Notes under the pieces: generated by a model
Databases searched by the model: none
Told to the model about the DNA's origin: nothing
Seen by the model: only the letters and a program-made list of their open reading frames with translations
Shown here: positions 58,607 to 64,000 of the stretch, one piece after another
Numbering within the stretch: the first letter of the stretch is position 1
How the letters are laid out: each line of letters starts with the position of its first letter
Assembly: GCA_028281385.1 (NCBI GenBank)
Contig: JANQJY010000070.1
Location: 12,158 to 76,157, forward strand
Direction: 5' to 3'
Origin: Rickettsiales bacterium
GTDB lineage: Bacteria > Pseudomonadota > Alphaproteobacteria > Rickettsiales > UBA3002
Length of the DNA stretch: 64,000 bases
Position numbers and translations under genes: made by a program

Positions 58607-59887
58607 ATGAAAATACTGTTTTTACATCAGAATATGCCAGGGCAATATAAACATCTGGCACCTGCCTTTGCCAAAGACCCGGAGAATCTGGTCGTTTTTG
58701 TCACTCAGAATAAACAGGCGGAGCTGCCGGGCATCCACAAGGTTATGTATGAAGCGCGCCGTAAAGCGTCGCCGCATACGCACCGTTATCTGAGCCATGC
58801 TGAGACCGGTGTGCTCAAGGGGCAGGAAGTATGGCGTGCGCTTCATCGTCTGAAAAAAGAAGAAGGATTTGTACCGGATGTGATGGTGTGTCATCCCGGC
58901 TGGGGAGATGCGCTGTTTTTGAAGGATGTCTATCCGGATACGCCGCAGCTCAGTTTTTTCGAGTTTTATTATCACAGTACAGGGGCCGATGTCGGCTTTG
59001 ATCCGGCAGATCCGATCGAGAATGATGACAAGGCGCGGGTGCGTGCCAAGAATATGCATCATCTGGTCGGGCTGGTTGATACGGATTGGGGCATCACCCC
59101 GACCTTCTGGCAGCATTCGCTGCATCCGAAGGAGTTTCAGTCGAAGATTTCGGTGATTCATGACGGCATTAACACGAAAAAAGCCTGCCCGAATCCTGAG
59201 GCGGAATTTCGTGTGAATAAGGATCTGGTATTTCGCCCCGGTGATGAGGTGGTGACTTATATCGCACGGAATTTTGAACCTTATCGTGGTTTTCCGACCT
59301 TCATGCAGGCGGCGGAGAAGATTCTCAAAGACCGGCCGAATTGTCATATCATTGCTTGTGGCGCGGATGAGGTAAGCTATGGCCGGCGTCTGCCCGAAGG
59401 ACAGACCTACCGTAAAATCTGGCGAGAAAAGGTCGAGCTCGATCATAACCGCATTCATTTTGTCGGCACTCTGCAATATGACCGGCTGATTCAGATGCTG
59501 CAGGTCAGTGCGGCACATATTTACCTTACCTATCCGTTTGTGCTGTCCTGGTCGACACTGGAGTCGATGGCCTGTGGCTGCGCTCTGGTTAGTTCAAGCA
59601 CACAGCCGGTGCTGGAAGCGGTAGAAGACGGGGTCACGGGACTTTTGGCCGATTTCTTCTCGCCGGAAGAAGTGGCGGAGAAAGTCTATCAGATTCTCGA
59701 TCATAAGGATCGCATGGCGGATATGCGTGTGGCGGCGCGTGAATCCATTGTGCAAAAATATGATCTGGATCGCCTGTTGCCGCTGCATATGGATCTGGTG
59801 CGCGATGTGGCGGAGAAAAAATTTCCACCGCCCACGCATGACAGAATTATGGCACTGTATGACAAACCATCAAAGAAAGCTGCGTAA
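58607..59887 (+). CDS. GT4/GT-B glycosyltransferase
   Basis: 426 aa with the N-terminus MKILFLHQNMPGQYKHLAP and C-terminal E..G-type GT-B motifs (LESMACGCALVSS...VEDGVTG). Confidence 0.75.
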   Translation: MKILFLHQNMPGQYKHLAPAFAKDPENLVVFVTQNKQAELPGIHKVMYEARRKASPHTHRYLSHAETGVLKGQEVWRALHRLKKEEGFVPDVMVCHPGWGDALFLKDVYPDTPQLSFFEFYYHSTGADVGFDPADPIENDDKARVRAKNMHHLVGLVDTDWGITPTFWQHSLHPKEFQSKISVIHDGINTKKACPNPEAEFRVNKDLVFRPGDEVVTYIARNFEPYRGFPTFMQAAEKILKDRPNCHIIACGADEVSYGRRLPEGQTYRKIWREKVELDHNRIHFVGTLQYDRLIQMLQVSAAHIYLTYPFVLSWSTLESMACGCALVSSSTQPVLEAVEDGVTGLLADFFSPEEVAEKVYQILDHKDRMADMRVAARESIVQKYDLDRLLPLHMDLVRDVAEKKFPPPTHDRIMALYDKPSKKAA

Positions 59888-59890
59888 GCC

Positions 59891-60781
59891 ATGAATGCCA
59901 AACGACGCAAGCCGACCAAAGCACAGATGAAAGCCAAAAAACAGGCAAAGGCACCCGGAAAAATAGCGATGGCTTCCAACATTTATAAAGGCCGCCCCTG
60001 GGCGGAGATTGTGAAAGAAGCCGGAGGTCGCAAACTTTGCCTGCATATCGGATGTGGCCCTAGGAATGAGAATTCTCTTCACAAAAGCTTTCGGGGTGAA
60101 GACTGGTTTGAAGTGCGTCTGGATATTGATCCGGATGTAGAACCGGATGTGCTGGCTGATATGCGCGATTTATCGTTTTTGCCGGATGAGGCGGTGCATG
60201 CGGTGTGGTCGTCGCATAATCTGGAGCATCTCTATCCGCATGAAGTTGTGCCGGCCATGGAAGAGTTTCACAGAGTGCTCAAGATCGGCGGGTTTATCCT
60301 TGTAACGCTTCCGGATATTGAAACCATTGCCGGTTACGTGGCGCGGGGCGGGCTGGAAGAGCCGGTATATGATTCGCCGGCCGGTCCGATCACCCCGATG
60401 GATATCATATTCGGGCTGCAAAGAGCCATGGCGCGTGGCAATCTTTTCATGGCGCATCATACGGCGTTCACCGCCAAAACGCTGGCGATAAAATTGCGGG
60501 ATGCGGGCTTTTCCAATATCAAGGCCAACCGCGAACATTATGATCTGTGGGCGTCCGGCTATAAATATCCGTTTAATCATCCCAAGCGCGTCAACCGCAT
60601 GTTGGTAGCGAATAATGATAAGAAACGTCTGGAGTCATTGCCTCCGATACCTCCGATGGCGCGCACACCGCATCCCGGGCAGATATTGGTGAAAGGCCGC
60701 CCGATACGCTCGGACGAACTGGATATTCCACCAAAGCACTGGAAACCGCTGAATCTGGGCCTGAAAAAGGCAGAGCAGTAA
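59891..60781 (+). CDS. class I SAM-dependent methyltransferase with a basic N-terminal and a C-terminal extension
   Basis: 296 aa. The motif I-like LHIGCG is present, and the region VWSSHNLEHL...LKIGGFILVTLPD is typical of Methyltransf_11-type enzymes. Confidence 0.7.
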   Translation: MNAKRRKPTKAQMKAKKQAKAPGKIAMASNIYKGRPWAEIVKEAGGRKLCLHIGCGPRNENSLHKSFRGEDWFEVRLDIDPDVEPDVLADMRDLSFLPDEAVHAVWSSHNLEHLYPHEVVPAMEEFHRVLKIGGFILVTLPDIETIAGYVARGGLEEPVYDSPAGPITPMDIIFGLQRAMARGNLFMAHHTAFTAKTLAIKLRDAGFSNIKANREHYDLWASGYKYPFNHPKRVNRMLVANNDKKRLESLPPIPPMARTPHPGQILVKGRPIRSDELDIPPKHWKPLNLGLKKAEQ

Positions 60782-60788
60782 TTATTAT

Positions 60789-62264
60789 TTATTGTTCGCG
60801 GAAGGAGCGGTTGAAAGAATCACTGATCGGGCTCATCAGATAGCTGAACAGACTGCGTGAACCGGTCACGATTAATACCTCGACCGGCATGCCGGGAGTC
60901 AGCATAATATCCTCATCTAATGCTGTCAGTTCTTCCTCGGGGATTTCAATCCGCGCGACATAATAGGCCTCACCGGTGCGCTCATCTTCGAAACGGTCGG
61001 CCGAGATGATAATCACGCTTCCTTCCACTGGCGGCACATTACGCACTTTATAGGCCAGCAATCGTACGCGTGCGACCAGTCCCGGGCGGACAATGTCAAT
61101 ATCCTGCGGAGACACACGCGCTTCGATAATCAGCTTGTCATCAAAGGGGATGATGTCCATTAGCCGTTCACCAGGAGAAATAACACCACCCTTGGTATGA
61201 ACGGCCAGACCGGTCACCTCGCCGGAAATCGGCGCTTCCACCACGATGCGGTTAACGACATCTTCCGCCGTGCGCAGCTTTTCCTCCAGATCGGAAAGTT
61301 CCACCTGTGTGTTTTTCAATTCTTGGACGACCTGATTGAGCATTTCGGTCTTCACATTATACATCTGAATTTTCGCTTCGTTAATACTTTGCTCCGCACG
61401 GGCAATCATTGCCTGTTGTTCCCCCCGCGACCCCTTAATCTGCGCTGCGTTACGCTCGAGGCTCAACAGGCGCGGTTTGACCGCATTGCCTTTTTCCAGC
61501 AATATCTTCACCACATCGATTTCTTCGTTAAGCAGTGCAATCTGATCATCAGCCGATTTGATTTGCTCATTCAGCCCGTTGATTTCTTCTTCGCGCTGCT
61601 TGATTTGCTGTTTTAACACATCAATCTGTCCGATTAGCGAGTCTCTGCGGGATTTGAACAGGCGGCGCTGGCTGTCCAGGTTGGCGCGGACTTCTTCATC
61701 CTTTTCTTCCAATGCCAGCAATTCTTCGGGGAAGTCGATATTGTCCGCATTGTCGCGTTCGGCAATCAACCTGGCCTCCGTAGCGCGGGCTGCGATATAT
61801 TGTCCGCGATACAGATCCATTCGCGCCTTGGCGGCCGTATCATCCAGCCGGATCAATGGTTGGCCTTTTTTGACCGACATTCCTTCCGTCACCAAAATCG
61901 TCTCGATAATGCCGCCTTCCAGATGCTGGATGGTTTTTTTATTCGAATCCAGCGCAACCTGTCCACTGGCGATGGCGGCACTGTCAATCGGCGCCAGAAC
62001 GGACCACAGCCCGAAAATGACAAACAGGAAAACCAGCATGAACATGCCGAATATGATAGGGATGCGTGCAATATTTTCAGGTGCGAGCTCTTCTTCCTGA
62101 TTTTTCGGCGCAATGTAATTGGCCAGCGTATCGAAGCGCTGCGTGGCTTTCTCGGCAAATTGCTGGAAGGATTCGACATAATGATCAACCCCGTGTGTTG
62201 GCACGGGCAGCGCCGTTTGATCCGGTTCCTGAGCATTGTCCTGTTGTGATTTCTCGTCTGTCAT
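60789..62264 (-). CDS. type I secretion membrane fusion protein (HlyD family)
   Basis: 491 aa with an N-terminal TM helix, a long coiled-coil and a C-terminal beta-barrel/lipoyl-like region ending SFREQ. Confidence 0.85.
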   Translation of the reverse strand: MTDEKSQQDNAQEPDQTALPVPTHGVDHYVESFQQFAEKATQRFDTLANYIAPKNQEEELAPENIARIPIIFGMFMLVFLFVIFGLWSVLAPIDSAAIASGQVALDSNKKTIQHLEGGIIETILVTEGMSVKKGQPLIRLDDTAAKARMDLYRGQYIAARATEARLIAERDNADNIDFPEELLALEEKDEEVRANLDSQRRLFKSRRDSLIGQIDVLKQQIKQREEEINGLNEQIKSADDQIALLNEEIDVVKILLEKGNAVKPRLLSLERNAAQIKGSRGEQQAMIARAEQSINEAKIQMYNVKTEMLNQVVQELKNTQVELSDLEEKLRTAEDVVNRIVVEAPISGEVTGLAVHTKGGVISPGERLMDIIPFDDKLIIEARVSPQDIDIVRPGLVARVRLLAYKVRNVPPVEGSVIIISADRFEDERTGEAYYVARIEIPEEELTALDEDIMLTPGMPVEVLIVTGSRSLFSYLMSPISDSFNRSFREQ

Positions 62265-62268
62265 CTGT

Positions 62269-64000
62269 TTATCCTGAACTCACTTTTTCTTGCTGAGGTG
62301 CTGCCTTTTGTGGTGTGGTGTATTTTTTCAATACTTCATCGCGCGGGCCGAAGGACTCGATCACACCGCCGCGCAACATCAGGATTTTATCGACTGTTCC
62401 GACAATGGAAGGGCGGTGCGCGACAATGACGATGCTCATACCGGCTTGTTTCATGCGTTTCATGGTGCCAAGCAGGGCGCGCTCGCCTTCGCCATCGAGA
62501 TTGGAATTTGGTTCGTCCAGAACCACAAAGGTCGGATGGGTATAAAGAGCGCGTGCTAGGCCGATACGTTGGCGTTGACCGGGCGAAAGCCCCTGATTAC
62601 CAAAGTTATACTCGGTTTCATAGCCATTGGGCAGTTTCAGGATCATTTCATGCGCACCGGCGAATTTAGCCGCAGTAATCACCTTTTCATCATCTATCTC
62701 CGGATCCATCCGCGCGATATTATCCCGGATCGTGCCGTTGAACAAATCAACCTGTTGCGGCATATAGCCGACATACTGACCAAAATCATCACGATTCCAT
62801 TTGAAGGTTTCTGCGCCATCCAGTCGCACCGTACCGTGAGTAGGGGGAAGAATTCCCATAATCAGTTTAGCCAGCGTTGATTTTCCCGCCGCGCTTGGCC
62901 CGATGATACCAAGGCTTTCTCCGGGTTCGAGACTGAAATTGACGTTTTTAATGATAGGCGGCCCGCCGGGAGGCTGGAAATATAAATTCTCGACCGTGAG
63001 CTTGCCTGTTGGCTTCGGCAAAGCCATATCACCGCGCATTTTGGGAACATTTGAAATGACATGATCAAGTCTGTGATAGGATTCGCGAGCACCGACCAGA
63101 CTTTTCCATATGTTGATGGCGCCTTCGAACGGTGCAAGTGCACGCGCGACTAGAATCGAGCAGGCAATCATGCCACCAACGGTCATTTCATTCTGTAGTG
63201 TCAGATAGCCGCCGATCCCGATGACGCCAATTTGAATAATCATCCGTATGGATTTGGAGATCGACTGAATGATATGACTGCGCTTGGAGGCTATATTCTG
63301 CAGGTCAAGCCCGACATCATTATGTTTTGTCCAGTTGCGAAGAATATTCTGCATCATGCCCATGGCTTCGATCGCTTCGGCATTGCGGCTGGCAACATCG
63401 GCCAGATGGGTGCTCTGAATAGCATTTTCCTGAGATTGTTCGATCGGTTTTTTGGTCGCCATTTCATTGATGACGCCAAAAGCGATCAGAATAACTGCCC
63501 CGCACACAGCCAGGAAACCCAGGATGGGGTTGATCATGTAAATCACGAAAATGAAGATAATAGACCAGGGCGCGTCTAGCAGAATGGCAACACCGCTATT
63601 GATAAAATTTTTGATCATCATCAGGTCACGCTGATATTGTCCGGCACTGGGCAGTGCGCCTAACGACGATTTGACGATGGCAATCTGTAGCAGGAGGGGC
63701 GCTAATTTATTATCTAGCCATTCGACAATACCTTGCAGGATGAAGGAGCGAATCAGCATGAAAATACCGAAAAACGCAAATGCCACCACACAGATAAAAG
63801 TCAGCACGATCAAAGTGTCAATGCTGTGGCTCGACATGACCCGGTCCAATACCTGCAGGGAATAGATCGGCAGTAACAACAGCATGAAATTCATGCACAG
63901 ACTGAATATGGCGGCATACAGCAACGCACGTTTGCACTGGCGAAATATTTTCGCCAGCTCTGTCGGTTCTTTCGAAGTTTGGGGCTGTGTCGCTTTTGTA
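62269..64000 (-). CDS. type I secretion ABC transporter ATPase/permease, PrtD/AprD type (5' end beyond window)
   Basis: It has the transmembrane domain (LLLLPIYSLQVLDRV), Walker A GPSAAGKST, the signature LSPGQRQR and Walker B VVLDEP. The frame stays open to nt 64000. No C39 peptidase domain is seen in the part present. Confidence 0.85.
   Translation of the reverse strand, partial: TKATQPQTSKEPTELAKIFRQCKRALLYAAIFSLCMNFMLLLLPIYSLQVLDRVMSSHSIDTLIVLTFICVVAFAFFGIFMLIRSFILQGIVEWLDNKLAPLLLQIAIVKSSLGALPSAGQYQRDLMMIKNFINSGVAILLDAPWSIIFIFVIYMINPILGFLAVCGAVILIAFGVINEMATKKPIEQSQENAIQSTHLADVASRNAEAIEAMGMMQNILRNWTKHNDVGLDLQNIASKRSHIIQSISKSIRMIIQIGVIGIGGYLTLQNEMTVGGMIACSILVARALAPFEGAINIWKSLVGARESYHRLDHVISNVPKMRGDMALPKPTGKLTVENLYFQPPGGPPIIKNVNFSLEPGESLGIIGPSAAGKSTLAKLIMGILPPTHGTVRLDGAETFKWNRDDFGQYVGYMPQQVDLFNGTIRDNIARMDPEIDDEKVITAAKFAGAHEMILKLPNGYETEYNFGNQGLSPGQRQRIGLARALYTHPTFVVLDEPNSNLDGEGERALLGTMKRMKQAGMSIVIVAHRPSIVGTVDKILMLRGGVIESFGPRDEVLKKYTTPQKAAPQQEKVSSG

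Noticed and set aside
58622-59518. 298-aa ORF antisense to the GT4 gene
   Set aside because: This is a shadow ORF with an R/H/I-rich composition.

Overview
This is a 64-kb chromosomal window, roughly 50% GC by eye, and probably alphaproteobacterial. That assignment is inferred from gene content: Hda/HdaA-type DnaA regulator, tandem DUF2336 genes, hpnC-hpnD, and an rvh/VirB-like type IV secretion system. The left third is a long co-directional array on the + strand: miaA, ilvI, ilvH, ilvC, leuA, mreBCD, mrdA and rodA. Several small secreted or membrane proteins of unknown function interrupt this array. The middle is mostly housekeeping: exoD, cobD, an OmpA-family lipoprotein, ndk, purNM, a DUF2066-like gene, an AI-2E transporter, hda, two receiver-domain proteins, sixA, ppk1-ppx, aat, ugpQ, aroQ and thiSG. 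A compact VirB/VirD4 type IV secretion locus follows on the - strand at 34.5-45.0 kb, in the order virB2-B4-B6-B8-B9-B10-B11-virD4. It is bounded by a MITE-like palindromic element, and a conserved motif of about 27 bp lies upstream of both virB2 and virB4. The right part holds ridA, a traX-like gene, scoAB, two DUF2336 paralogs, hpnCD, nadK, an EamA transporter and a soluble MCP-tip/Cache-like protein. It ends with a type I secretion module: a PrtD-type ABC gene that runs off the window, a HlyD-family MFP, two serralysin-like RTX proteins (one with a degenerate active site), and a GT4 glycosyltransferase plus SAM methyltransferase. I found no rRNA, tRNA or CRISPR array. The items most worth follow-up are listed here.
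- The structured intergenic block of about 330 nt next to a MITE, downstream of purN.
- The T4SS promoter motif and the missing VirB3/B5/B7 components.
- The cysteine-rich secreted paralog pair and other unknown genes embedded in the ilv operon.
- The atypical receiver/pseudo-Hpt protein.
- The active/inactive serralysin pair.
All functional calls rest on reading the translated ORFs for family motifs. No database search was run.
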